A stretch of 64,000 nt of DNA from Candidatus Woesebacteria bacterium RIFCSPHIGHO2_01_FULL_38_10 (GTDB lineage Bacteria; Patescibacteriota; Microgenomatia; UBA8517): NCBI GenBank assembly GCA_001792215.1, contig MGGC01000033.1, forward strand, positions 2,527 through 66,526, written 5' to 3'. The notes under the pieces were generated by a model, which searched no databases, was not told the DNA's origin, and saw nothing but the letters and a program-made list of their open reading frames with translations. This document shows positions 28,287 to 37,590 of the stretch, piece by piece (the first letter of the stretch is position 1; the number at the start of each line of letters is the position of its first letter). The translations under genes and the position numbers were made by a program.

Positions 28287-30608
28287 TTATTTTTTATCAA
28301 TCTTATAAGCGCTGCTGATGATAGCGTCAAAACTGTTAATTCTGCTTACTGCTGTATGGGGCAGGAGTTTATAAATCCACTGCTTGTTGGTTGCTCCAGA
28401 GGCGATTTTACACCATTCTTCAGCTTGTTTTGCCTTCTCCAAGACCTCTGGGTCTTTTTTGTCGAGTTTACTTTTATCTTTAACCTCCACCAAGTAATTA
28501 GCGTCTTTTCTTTCAACAATAAAATCGGGGTTGTAGTTACCGTAAATATACTTAATCGGTAGTTGCCCGTTCCTAAGTCTCAACCAGCTCACTACAGATT
28601 TATCTCTTTCCAGAGAGTCCGCTAACAGTTTCTCCTGGGTTGAATCAAAAACATAGGCTGGGTAAACACTTTTGTCATATCCCTTGATGATGTTGCCTCT
28701 GGATTCTGCTTCGCTCACTTCGTCTTTATCCAATGGCACAGCCGAGACCTTTACGACTTTCAGATAAGGTTCAAACGGCAACTGCTCATCAAGAACTCCA
28801 AACTTGATTCTTGTTTGTTCTTGGAGCTTCTCCTGAAGCTGAGGCAGAATATCATTTAAGATTGTCTGTTCATGCAGTTTAACCAGTTTCGATAGCTCTT
28901 TTCCTGTTACCTGGAGTTGATCAAGGTAGTGTTTTACGATCTTTTGTAAGATTGCCTTGAAAGAGATGTCAAACTCGGACATCTCCAAGATAATCAACCT
29001 AACGATGCGATTAACAGGATTGATTTCTTCTTTGATCTCGACTTCTCCAGCGTCTTCTGTTTGTCTGGAAACAATGTCTGTCTTAACCATTCTTGGCTTA
29101 ATCTTCTTTAATTCCTCCAAACGCAACTTAATCGGGAAGAACTCCAGTTTATTGCTGGAATAAACTTTCGCTTCGACAGCAGGTATCTTGATCCAAAGTT
29201 TTTTATTACCTGTTGGTTTGATCTCAACAGTCTTTAATTCTTCTTTCTTTTCAGCCTTTTTAACCCCAATCCCCTCAGCCACTTCATGGGCAACCGCTAT
29301 CACTCTGGCAAAGTTGTCATGGGAGATAATGTCGAGCGAGTCAAGTTCCTCAACGCCTGAAAGCTCGCCAAACGGTAGCCTAAGCCCTCTGCCGATAGTT
29401 TGCTCGATCAAAGTCTTACTGATTGAAGCCCTGAAGGGGATAATGGTGTAGACATTTTTGACATCCCAGCCTTCTTTGAGCTTGTCAACATGAACAACAA
29501 TCTCGTTTTTGTTAACTGGATAAGGTTCTTCCAAACGGAGAAGCTGATTGATTGAATCTACCTCGCTCTCGCTGGTTACCAATAGAGTTTTGTCCTTGTA
29601 ATAGCCATCAAAGAAACTGTCGCTTTCGATTAGAGCTTTAACATCTTTGGCGTGCTGAATGTTCTTGGTCGTTAGGAGAGTAACTGGTAAAACAAACGGC
29701 AATTTATTGTTTTTGCAGTATGCCTCGATAAGTGCTTTCTTCTCTCGGTGTCTCCTGATACCATCCTCAAGTTTCACTAACTCAAGGTCACCTTTGTAGG
29801 TGTAGTCATCACTTCTGGCTATAACATACGGAATCTTGATATAACCACCCTTAGCGCCATTGCCGTTGTGTAAGCTCGCCAAAGCCTTCTTAGAATCGTT
29901 TATGGCGTCTCCAAGGGTGTAAGAATAAACCACATTGTCGCTAATGGGTGTTGCCGTAAATTCCAGTCCCAACTCTGGTTTGAGATGGTTGATCGCTTTG
30001 ATCGACTTTACTCCCCGATACCTGTGACTCTCGTCCATTAAAATAACCAGATCCTTTTGCTGGAGAAGCTCGGCAAAGCTCGACCCCAGTGTTTCTTGAT
30101 AGCGGTGGAATCTAAACTCGACATCGGTTCTTTCGTTGAAAATCTTCTGGATATTAAAAACATAAATGTTAACCGCATCAAAAAGCTGATTGCCAAAGTT
30201 AGCATAGGTGTAATTTTCTCCTGTAATCAAATTAAACATTGGGAAATCAGTCAAACCATCCAGGACATATTTTTTGCTTGAAGGGGTAAAGTTATCGATA
30301 GTTTTGGTATAAATGGTTTCTCCTGGAGTTAGAATGAAAAAGTCTTTTAGCCCCTTCGTGTAGTAAAGATAAGCGATCATGGCTGCCATCAGTCTTGTTT
30401 TCCCCACACCTGTTGCCAGAGCAAAAGTAAAGGAAGGAAACTCTGTATCAAACTTCACATTTCCCACCAACCTCGCCTCAATATCTTCCAATTTGTCCCT
30501 GTCTAACTTAACCCCAGAAAGGATTGCGTCTAATTTGATCAATGAAAGCTCTTGTGGCTTTCTCAGGCTTAATTCTTTGGTTAATTTTTCTGTTATGTTC
30601 ATGCTCAT
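28287..30608 (-). CDS. type III restriction-like helicase/endonuclease (Res)
   Basis: LATGVGKT, DESH, EGWDV, QTIGRGLR, C-terminal YNPDF...LVEVK nuclease. Confidence 0.92.
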   Translation of the reverse strand: MSMNITEKLTKELSLRKPQELSLIKLDAILSGVKLDRDKLEDIEARLVGNVKFDTEFPSFTFALATGVGKTRLMAAMIAYLYYTKGLKDFFILTPGETIYTKTIDNFTPSSKKYVLDGLTDFPMFNLITGENYTYANFGNQLFDAVNIYVFNIQKIFNERTDVEFRFHRYQETLGSSFAELLQQKDLVILMDESHRYRGVKSIKAINHLKPELGLEFTATPISDNVVYSYTLGDAINDSKKALASLHNGNGAKGGYIKIPYVIARSDDYTYKGDLELVKLEDGIRRHREKKALIEAYCKNNKLPFVLPVTLLTTKNIQHAKDVKALIESDSFFDGYYKDKTLLVTSESEVDSINQLLRLEEPYPVNKNEIVVHVDKLKEGWDVKNVYTIIPFRASISKTLIEQTIGRGLRLPFGELSGVEELDSLDIISHDNFARVIAVAHEVAEGIGVKKAEKKEELKTVEIKPTGNKKLWIKIPAVEAKVYSSNKLEFFPIKLRLEELKKIKPRMVKTDIVSRQTEDAGEVEIKEEINPVNRIVRLIILEMSEFDISFKAILQKIVKHYLDQLQVTGKELSKLVKLHEQTILNDILPQLQEKLQEQTRIKFGVLDEQLPFEPYLKVVKVSAVPLDKDEVSEAESRGNIIKGYDKSVYPAYVFDSTQEKLLADSLERDKSVVSWLRLRNGQLPIKYIYGNYNPDFIVERKDANYLVEVKDKSKLDKKDPEVLEKAKQAEEWCKIASGATNKQWIYKLLPHTAVSRINSFDAIISSAYKIDKK

Positions 30609-32272
30609 ACTTTGAATTTCTTGAGTAAAACATCAGGAATTTTCCTGATTTCTACATTTTCTGGTAATTTAATTTTACTCGATATGGTTTTGGCATAAAC
30701 GATCAGATAATCGGCTGCATCGCCAACTTCTCGCAAGATAGCACTTACATAATCTTGGTTGAGATATTGCTCGGTTACATGAGCGATAGTCCTTCCTGAA
30801 ACGCCGTGTAGGGCATTATTTGGATTAAGGAGTTTGAATCCTTCGACCTTCAAAACTGCCCGAATAAGAGTGCCGTTATATACTTTTGGATTTAGAACTG
30901 TCAATCTCAAGTCGTCATCTGCTACAAAAAGACTGTCCCCCAATTCAAAATACTTAAATCCACTCCCGCCCCTCCAATTTATTTCCTTACTGATTCCAGT
31001 CTGATCCTTACCCTCGACAACCTCTTTTAATCGCTTTAAGCAGTGCGTTTTAACTTGATCGCTAAACTCAACCATGATCCACTTTCTTCCCATCTTGTGT
31101 GCAACTGCCCCTGTAGTTCCCGAACCCGCAAAACTGTCAAGAATCCAATCGCTCTCTTTTGATCCTATCTCTAAGATTCTCTTTATCAACTTTTCAGGTT
31201 TCTTGCCCTTGGGAAATTCCACATTCCCTTCTTTTGCTATTCCTTGCCAACCGATGTCGTCCCAGAAGTTCGTTAGAGGTTCAACAATGCCCTTCTCGCC
31301 ATTTACTGTCCTAACTTTATCCTCTAAAAAGAGGATTCTATTTCCTTTATAGAAAAACATATCACTAAAATCTTCTCGTTTAAGTAAGTAGACTTTTTCA
31401 CCATCACTTTTTGATTTATCGATAAGTTCTCTTGCTGCCTGACTCACTCCCTTATAGTTTGGTAGTGCAAAACGGATCACCCCTTCTGGATTACCCACCG
31501 CAAACTTAACAACCTCTTTTTCAAATACTTTACTGGACAGTTTTTTCCTTGCCTCTGATGCAGAAGAGTATCCCAGCTCAGTTGCAACTTTATCCGCTAA
31601 ATTGATAAATCGCCATTTTTGATAATCCTCTGAGTAGTTCTCGATGAACTTGCTGTATTGCCTATCATATTTTTCTCTTAACACATGTTGTTGTTTGTAA
31701 CGCCATTCAGTTTTGTCTTTGCAGTAAACGATGAGATATTCGGTCACATTTACAGGAGCTGGGTTTATTGCCTTATGTCCTGTAGCAGCACTCCTTTTTA
31801 TGCTTATATTAACTACACGATTCTTACGACCAAATATCTCATCAAGGAGAACGCTCAAATAGGCAACCTCCGTATCATCAATTTCAACAAAAATTACTCC
31901 ATCTTTTTTTAATAAGTCGTGAAGAAGTTTTAGTCTGTCCCTCATCATCGTGAGCCAGATAGAATGCTCTAAGCCATCATCGTAGTATTCAAACGCAGAA
32001 CCAGTATTGAATGGAGGATCAATATAAATCAGCTTAATTTTGTTTCTAAAATCTTGCAGCAATGCCTTAAGCGCTAATAGATTATCGCCCTTTATGAGCA
32101 TGTTTTCAGCATCTCTATCACCGTAAGCTGCCTTTTCGAGAAATATACGAGGTTCAGATACTCTGGGGTCTTTTTTGTCTACCCAAAGATATTTTTTCTC
32201 TTTGAGATCATAGTAAAGACTTTTGTCTTTGTGATACCAGGTTAATTCTAATTTTTTATCGTTTTTAGTCAT
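30605..32272 (-). CDS. type III adenine DNA methyltransferase (Mod)
   Basis: IKGDNL, IYIDPPFNTG (motif IV), KPEKL, LDSFAGSGTT (motif I). Confidence 0.93.
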   Translation of the reverse strand: MTKNDKKLELTWYHKDKSLYYDLKEKKYLWVDKKDPRVSEPRIFLEKAAYGDRDAENMLIKGDNLLALKALLQDFRNKIKLIYIDPPFNTGSAFEYYDDGLEHSIWLTMMRDRLKLLHDLLKKDGVIFVEIDDTEVAYLSVLLDEIFGRKNRVVNISIKRSAATGHKAINPAPVNVTEYLIVYCKDKTEWRYKQQHVLREKYDRQYSKFIENYSEDYQKWRFINLADKVATELGYSSASEARKKLSSKVFEKEVVKFAVGNPEGVIRFALPNYKGVSQAARELIDKSKSDGEKVYLLKREDFSDMFFYKGNRILFLEDKVRTVNGEKGIVEPLTNFWDDIGWQGIAKEGNVEFPKGKKPEKLIKRILEIGSKESDWILDSFAGSGTTGAVAHKMGRKWIMVEFSDQVKTHCLKRLKEVVEGKDQTGISKEINWRGGSGFKYFELGDSLFVADDDLRLTVLNPKVYNGTLIRAVLKVEGFKLLNPNNALHGVSGRTIAHVTEQYLNQDYVSAILREVGDAADYLIVYAKTISSKIKLPENVEIRKIPDVLLKKFKV

Positions 32273-32274
32273 AT

Positions 32275-32937
32275 TTATAAATTCTCTGCTAAGAATCTCT
32301 GCACGCCTTCAAGCATAGCCTTAACATCTTCTGTTTTGTAATCCTCAAACTTACCATGATCAGCGCTGTCTCTTATTGCCTTCCACGCCTGAATTTGTTT
32401 TTGAAGCAAGCGACTATAAACTTCTTTATCTGCGAGCTTTGTATTGAGTGATCCTATGTCATCGCCCGATTTGACATCGACAGTATGTTTCTGTGCAATT
32501 TGTCTCAGTCCATTTTCTAATACTGCTCCCACCAAAGAAGCAGCAGAGTCTTTGTAGCTGTTATCCAAGAGATGCTGAGCCATTTCGATAAAATCTGTGA
32601 AGATTTCAGCGCTTACTAAGTTTCTTACTCTTGTTAAATAACCAAGTTCCAAATCTTCTTTTAATGCCGTGAGGATGCCAATACCGTGGTCTACATCGCT
32701 TGGGTGGGCTGTTTTTACCCCGTCAACAAAGTTTTTGTAGTAAGGGCTGTCTTCTCCACAAACCATAGATATAAAGTTTTGTGAGTTATTCTTCCATTCG
32801 TGAAATAGAGGGCTATTGACCGTGGAGGGTGCAATAACATGCTCCGAACTGTTATTTCTTTTTGTTGCTGCGACTTTTTGCCCTTTTTCGAGCAGTTGTC
32901 CAACCCGCTCAATTAGCTTATTTGTTGTTGTGTTCAT
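32275..32937 (-). CDS. HEPN-domain (DUF4145-like) protein
   Basis: A..LL...Y..AASLVGAVLE helix and RDSADH (Rx4H) motif. Confidence 0.75.
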   Translation of the reverse strand: MNTTTNKLIERVGQLLEKGQKVAATKRNNSSEHVIAPSTVNSPLFHEWKNNSQNFISMVCGEDSPYYKNFVDGVKTAHPSDVDHGIGILTALKEDLELGYLTRVRNLVSAEIFTDFIEMAQHLLDNSYKDSAASLVGAVLENGLRQIAQKHTVDVKSGDDIGSLNTKLADKEVYSRLLQKQIQAWKAIRDSADHGKFEDYKTEDVKAMLEGVQRFLAENL

Positions 32938-33125
32938 ATTTTTATTTTCATTAGCTTTTCTAAATCTCCAGGTCTGTATCTTCGATCTCCTCGCTTGTTG
33001 AGTCTTATAGCCTTCAGTTTACCGCTTTTATCCCATCGTCTAAGTGTCTCCACATGCACATTTAACACCTCAGCAGCTTGTTTAATGGTTAGTAGTTTTG
33101 GTAACTCGTCTTTATTCTTCGGCAT
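32934..33125 (-). CDS. MerR/excisionase-like HTH protein
   Basis: LLTIKQAAEVLNVHVETLRRWD..GKLKAIR....GDRRY. Confidence 0.9.
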   Translation of the reverse strand: MPKNKDELPKLLTIKQAAEVLNVHVETLRRWDKSGKLKAIRLNKRGDRRYRPGDLEKLMKIKI

Positions 33126-33353
33126 AACTCAACTTAATTATACAAAAATTAAAGGAAAAAGGGTATACTAACCTTGATGCGTAAAGTCGTCCCTCCGAAA
33201 CTCGTATGGAAGTATATCGGTGATGAGAGTTCTGAAAAGCGGAAGGAGTCGGAGGAGAGGGTAAGACAGGTTTATGATCGTATTTTTACGGCAGCAAGGG
33301 AGAATATGCGGCAGCGGAAGCATCAAGAAATTGGTAAAATTAAAGGGTCTAAT

Positions 33354-34097
33354 ATGAAGATGAAAAATAAGTTTGCTGTAGTTACGGGTTCATCTACTGG
33401 CATCGGTCAGGCTATTGCCATTGAGTTAGCCAAAAAAGGTGCTTTTATTGCTCTGGCTGGTCGCACGCAGGACAAGCTACTAAAAACAAAGAGTTTAATT
33501 ACTGAGAATGGTGGACAGGCAGAAGTATTTTTAGGGGATTTTACCAAGTTGGATTCGCTGGAAGCTCTTATTGCCTTAATTAAGCAAAAAACAGATAAAG
33601 TAGATGTCTTGGTGAATGTGGCTGGTATTTGGCATGGCGAGGATGAGGTTTATGCAGGTAAGGATTTTGAGTCTTTTCCTAAGCAAGTTATTCTTGACAC
33701 TTACGCAGTTGGCTTAACTGCGCCAACACTTCTTGCTCATGCTTTTATCCCCCTTATGCCAAAAGGAGGAAGGATTATCAATATCTCTGGAACATTTGAA
33801 AACGGAGCAAAAGGCTGGTTACCGTATTTTGTCTCCAAGAAGGGTATCGAAGATTTAACCATTGGACTTGCCGAGGAATTGAAGGATAAAGGAATACTGG
33901 TAAACGCCATTTCTCCTTCTGACACGGCTACTGATGCTTATAAAAAGTATTTTCCTCAGTATATTGGAGAAGTAATTGATCCGAAGGAGATTGGTAAATA
34001 TGCGGTATATTTGTGTTCAGAAGAAGCAAACGATATTACTGGCAAGGTTTTTGTCCTGAAAAAAGGCAAAGAACCCTATGAAGGTTATCACACTTAA
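33354..34097 (+). CDS. SDR-family oxidoreductase
   Basis: VTGSSTGIG, NVAG, YFVSK; probable own start at 33354 after TGGTAAAAT; in-frame 60-codon upstream extension from 33174. Confidence 0.9.
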   Translation: MKMKNKFAVVTGSSTGIGQAIAIELAKKGAFIALAGRTQDKLLKTKSLITENGGQAEVFLGDFTKLDSLEALIALIKQKTDKVDVLVNVAGIWHGEDEVYAGKDFESFPKQVILDTYAVGLTAPTLLAHAFIPLMPKGGRIINISGTFENGAKGWLPYFVSKKGIEDLTIGLAEELKDKGILVNAISPSDTATDAYKKYFPQYIGEVIDPKEIGKYAVYLCSEEANDITGKVFVLKKGKEPYEGYHT

Positions 34098-34098
34098 T

Positions 34099-34695
34099 AT
34101 GAGCAAGGTTAAAGTTTTAATTGAAGGTTATGCTAAGAAAACCAAAGAAGGATGGTTAGCCTCATCTTCTACTACTCTTATTGAAGACGGTGGGAAAAAG
34201 ATAATTGTCGATCCTGGGATCAACAGGGAGTTACTGTTTCGAAAACTTAAAGATCAAGGCTTGACTCCTAACGGCATCGATATTGTCTTTATGACCCATT
34301 ACCACCCAGACCACATGTTTTTGACTTCAGTTTTTGAGAAAGCCATGGTAGTTGATGGCGATACCGTTTATGAAAAAGATAATGAAACTGGGTATGAGGG
34401 TAGAGTTCCAGGAACGAGCCTGGAGGTAATCCTTACTCCTGGACACGCTCATGAACACGCTGCCTTACTTGCTACAACCGAGAGGGGGAAAATCGTTGTT
34501 GCTGCGGATGTTTTTTGGTGGACAGACGAGGAAAAGCAACAAACGGATAATGTTAAGGCTCTGGTTAATAAGGAAGATCCTTTTACTAAGGATCGGGAAG
34601 CCTTGAAAGCAAGTAGAAGGAAAGTTTTAGAGATAGCTGATTGGATTATCCCTGGACATGGTAAAATGTTTAGGAATCCTAAAAAGAAAGGATAA
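34099..34695 (+). CDS. MBL-fold metallo-hydrolase
   Basis: IVDPG, THYHPDH, TPGH, AAD, IPGHG. Confidence 0.9.
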   Translation: MSKVKVLIEGYAKKTKEGWLASSSTTLIEDGGKKIIVDPGINRELLFRKLKDQGLTPNGIDIVFMTHYHPDHMFLTSVFEKAMVVDGDTVYEKDNETGYEGRVPGTSLEVILTPGHAHEHAALLATTERGKIVVAADVFWWTDEEKQQTDNVKALVNKEDPFTKDREALKASRRKVLEIADWIIPGHGKMFRNPKKKG

Positions 34696-34697
34696 AA

Positions 34698-35183
34698 ATG
34701 AAAAAGTTAATTCCACCAGATTTCCAAATACCAGAAGTTTTAGAAGCAGACAGGTTTAGATTGAGAATGCTGAAAGTTACAGATGTGGTTAAAGATTATG
34801 ATGCTGTAATGACCAGCATTGATCATCTCCAGGGCATATTCGGTGTTCGCTCTAAATGGCCTTCAAAAGATTTGACATTTGAGCAAGACTTGATTGATTT
34901 AGGCTGGCATCATAAAGAGTTCCAAACACGCTCATCCTTCGCTTATACGGTTATGAACCCAGGTGAAAGTCAATGTTTGGGCTGTGTCTATATTTTTCCT
35001 CCGACAAAATCTGGCTTTGATGCTGAAGTTTATATGTGGGTTAGAAAAAGTGCATACGATGAGGGCTTAGATCCCATTTTATACGAAACAGTTAAAAACT
35101 GGATTGCAGAAAAGTGGCCTTTTAAGAAAGTTGCCTACCCTGGAAGAGAGATCGATTGGGAAACATGGAAGTCTTTGGAATAG
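34698..35183 (+). CDS. GNAT-family acetyltransferase-like protein
   Basis: FRLRML...DYDAVM, SFAYTV, CLGCVYI, YPGR. Confidence 0.75.
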   Translation: MKKLIPPDFQIPEVLEADRFRLRMLKVTDVVKDYDAVMTSIDHLQGIFGVRSKWPSKDLTFEQDLIDLGWHHKEFQTRSSFAYTVMNPGESQCLGCVYIFPPTKSGFDAEVYMWVRKSAYDEGLDPILYETVKNWIAEKWPFKKVAYPGREIDWETWKSLE

Positions 35184-35216
35184 CGGGCAAGGATTAAGGT
35201 GTTGCTACAAAAAGTT

Positions 35217-35318
35217 TTAGGTTACGGCTAAAAGCTGCTGGGTAGATTTAAGTGTTGTTTCTGGAAATTCCAGGATGTCTAACCAGTTTGCTGACCTAAA
35301 ATCGTTCCATTTGTCCAG
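35217..35318 (-). other. orphan alternative C-terminal tail for the element A recombinase (att arm)
   Basis: Startless frame LDKWNDFRSANWLDILEFPETTLKSTQQLLAVT* beginning at the CAG core, in the same codon register as the recombinase. Confidence 0.7.
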
Positions 35319-35414
35319 CAAGACTGGACGCTAAGCGACCGTAAGCTCTCAAATGGGTCGATTTGGCTTGCTAAATGTCCACTTTCTTATTAGGAGTCTC
35401 GGACCGTACCCTTG

Positions 35415-35585
35415 TTATTCAGCGGCCTTTTTTACTCTCGAAGATACGACCTTACGGTCGTGAAGATAGAGCTGTTCGCTGAAAAGCTGAATTAGTTGTC
35501 GTTTTCTCTCAATATCTCCATTACTTAAGATGTTCCTTGCGTAGTCCCTTACGTCCATTGTTTTCATCTGGGTTGATATCTTGCC
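35415..35585 (-). pseudogene. C-terminal remnant of a second large serine recombinase
   Basis: MDVRDYARNILSNGDIERKRQLIQLFSEQLYLHDRKVV* resembles C-termini of CPR recombinases (recognised from memory). Confidence 0.55.
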
Positions 35586-36031
35586 TTAGGATCATCACCG
35601 TCAAACCTATTACTTGCTTCAAGTTTACAGGCAGACGCCAGGATTTCACTTGCGGTCGAAGTGCTGGTGTCAGCGGGAAGAATACAATGGAGTTGAATAC
35701 CTGTTTTACCCTCATATGTTGTGAGTTCAAAACCTGGGAAAATTGTTAATTCATAACCTTCTTGTTCCAGTTTTTTTGCTTCTGTGCAAAGGCTTTCCAG
35801 CACAGAGTCTTTGGGGTCATTAACAAAGTTGTGATCTGTAAGCGCAATAGCATCAAGTTTCTGCCTCCTGCAAAAAGCAACAAATTCTTTCGCAAAATCT
35901 TCTTTTGTATAGTCTTTACTTATTTTCTTTCCCTTCCAACGAGCATCAAGGCAAGTATGACAATGTAAGTCGCACTTAAAGAATTTAGCCTCTTTAAGCT
36001 GATATTTATCTGTGTTTGTATAGTCAGTCAT
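35564..36031 (-). pseudogene. truncated PHP-domain (PHP-ATPase) gene
   Basis: KCDLHCHT, ALTDHN, PGFE, QLHCI; ends abruptly at the junction with the recombinase remnant. Confidence 0.8.
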
Positions 36032-36221
36032 ATTTATTTTTCTTTAATAGATTCTCCAAATCTCTTGGGTCATAACGCCTATCGCCACGCTCGTTGACCC
36101 GAATGGCTTTCAGTTTTCCGCTTTTACCCCACCGTCTCAATGTCTCCACATGGACATTCAGCACTTCAGCTGCTTGGCGGATAGTTAACAGTTTTGGTAA
36201 AGTCGTCTTATTCTTCGGCAT
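36024..36221 (-). CDS. MerR/excisionase-like HTH protein, paralog of 32934-33125
   Basis: Near-identical LPKLLTI.QAAEVLNVHVETLRRW.KSGKLKAIR. Confidence 0.9.
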   Translation of the reverse strand: MPKNKTTLPKLLTIRQAAEVLNVHVETLRRWGKSGKLKAIRVNERGDRRYDPRDLENLLKKNKYD

Positions 36222-36286
36222 ACCTCAACATAATTATACAATTTTTGACCAAAAAGAGTTATACTTGTTTTGGTAAAATAAAAAGA

Positions 36287-36675
36287 ATGAAAACTGTTGT
36301 AATTTGCGGTAGCAGAAGGTTTAAAAAAGAAATAAGAGAGTTTGGAAGCAAACTGATTAAAGCAGGAATTGTTGTCTTTTCGCCCTATCTCCATGAAGGT
36401 AAAGACGAGTGGGATAAACTATCACTCCAATATAAAAAGTTCGTTGCTTTGGGTCTTACTCACAACCATTTTTATAAAATCAGGATGGCTGATGTTGTGT
36501 TTGTCTACAACAAAGATGGTTATGCTGGTGTAAGCACTGCCTTGAGCTTGGGTATGCTGTTGCTCTTGGGAAGCCAATTTACGCCCTATCGGATAAAGAT
36601 GAAGAACTTTGCAGACTAACTCTGTTCCGTGAGGTAGTTAAAACACCAAAAGAACTTATAAATAAACTAAAATGA
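36287..36675 (+). pseudogene. nucleoside 2-deoxyribosyltransferase-like protein, frameshifted at ~36540
   Basis: MKTVVICGS...KIRMADVVFV..GYAGVST, then in another frame LELGYAVALGKPIY...KLK*, with ATGA overlap to the next gene. Confidence 0.75.
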
Positions 36676-37109
36676 AAATCGTAATTTGTGGCTCAATGGC
36701 TTTTGCACAGGATATGCTTAATGCTAAATGTCTTCTGGAGGAGAAAGGCTATCGAGTTGTTCTCCCCGAAGGCACAGATGAATACTGCAAAGGAAAATTA
36801 AAGAAACTTGCAAATGGATGGGGAACGGTTGAGGGAGCAAAGAGGAAGATCGATAACGATCTTATAAAAAAGCATTATAACGAAATAAAAGACGGTGATG
36901 CCATTTTAGTTATAAACAAGAGTAAAAACGGAATAAAAAATTACATCGGTGGTAATAGCTTTCTCGAAATGGGCTTTGCCTACATTCTGAATAAGAAGAT
37001 TTACACGCTAAATGATCTTCCAGACAGTCTTCCTATCTTTTATCAGGAACTTATTGCTATGCAACCTATATCACTTAGAGGAGATTTAAATAAAATTAAA
37101 AATGGGTAA
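36672..37109 (+). CDS. nucleoside 2-deoxyribosyltransferase-like protein
   Basis: MKIVICGSM...DAILVIN...YIGGNSFLEMGFAYILNKKIY. Confidence 0.72.
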   Translation: MKIVICGSMAFAQDMLNAKCLLEEKGYRVVLPEGTDEYCKGKLKKLANGWGTVEGAKRKIDNDLIKKHYNEIKDGDAILVINKSKNGIKNYIGGNSFLEMGFAYILNKKIYTLNDLPDSLPIFYQELIAMQPISLRGDLNKIKNG

Positions 37110-37570
37110 AGAATGTGACCATACCAGCGTTGGTATGATAATCAAAAGAGGAGAAGAGACACTTCTTATCGAGCGCAAGAAGCCTCCTTTTGGATTTGCC
37201 CCTCCTTGCTGGACATGTAGACAATAAAGGTTCTTTTGAAAATGCAGCCAAAGAAGAAGTTGAGGAGGAAGTAGGATTATCCCCGAAAGACATAAAACTT
37301 CTTTTGGAAGGGAGAAAGGACAATTCTTGCAGGCGGGAAGGTGGCTCTTGGCATTACTGGAAAATATACCAGGTTGATGCGGATAGAGATATAAAACGGA
37401 GTGAAGACGAAACAAAGCAAGCTGGATGGTTTAGTCTCGATCAAATAAAATCACTTGCCCAAAAAACTGAAAGATATTTAGCTGGAGAAATTCCTGAAGA
37501 AGAGTGGAAACAATCTCCTGGAATCGAACCTGTCTGGCTTGAATGGTTTAGAGAACTTGAGATGGTTTAA
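37102..37570 (+). pseudogene. NUDIX hydrolase, frameshifted at ~37207
   Basis: MGKECDHTSVG...FGFAPP / AGHVD...AAKEEVEEEVGL (Nudix box) in a different frame. Confidence 0.8.
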
Positions 37571-37590
37571 TTTAATATAAATCAAAAACT

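Larger units (their letters stand above)
19767..35319. mobile_element. integrative element A (~15.5 kb), serine-recombinase type, integrated at tRNA-Gln 3' end
   Basis: Recombinase at tRNA, replication and defence modules; shared CAGC core at 19767-19770 and 35316-35319; reconstructed attP has dyad symmetry about CA. Confidence 0.8.
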
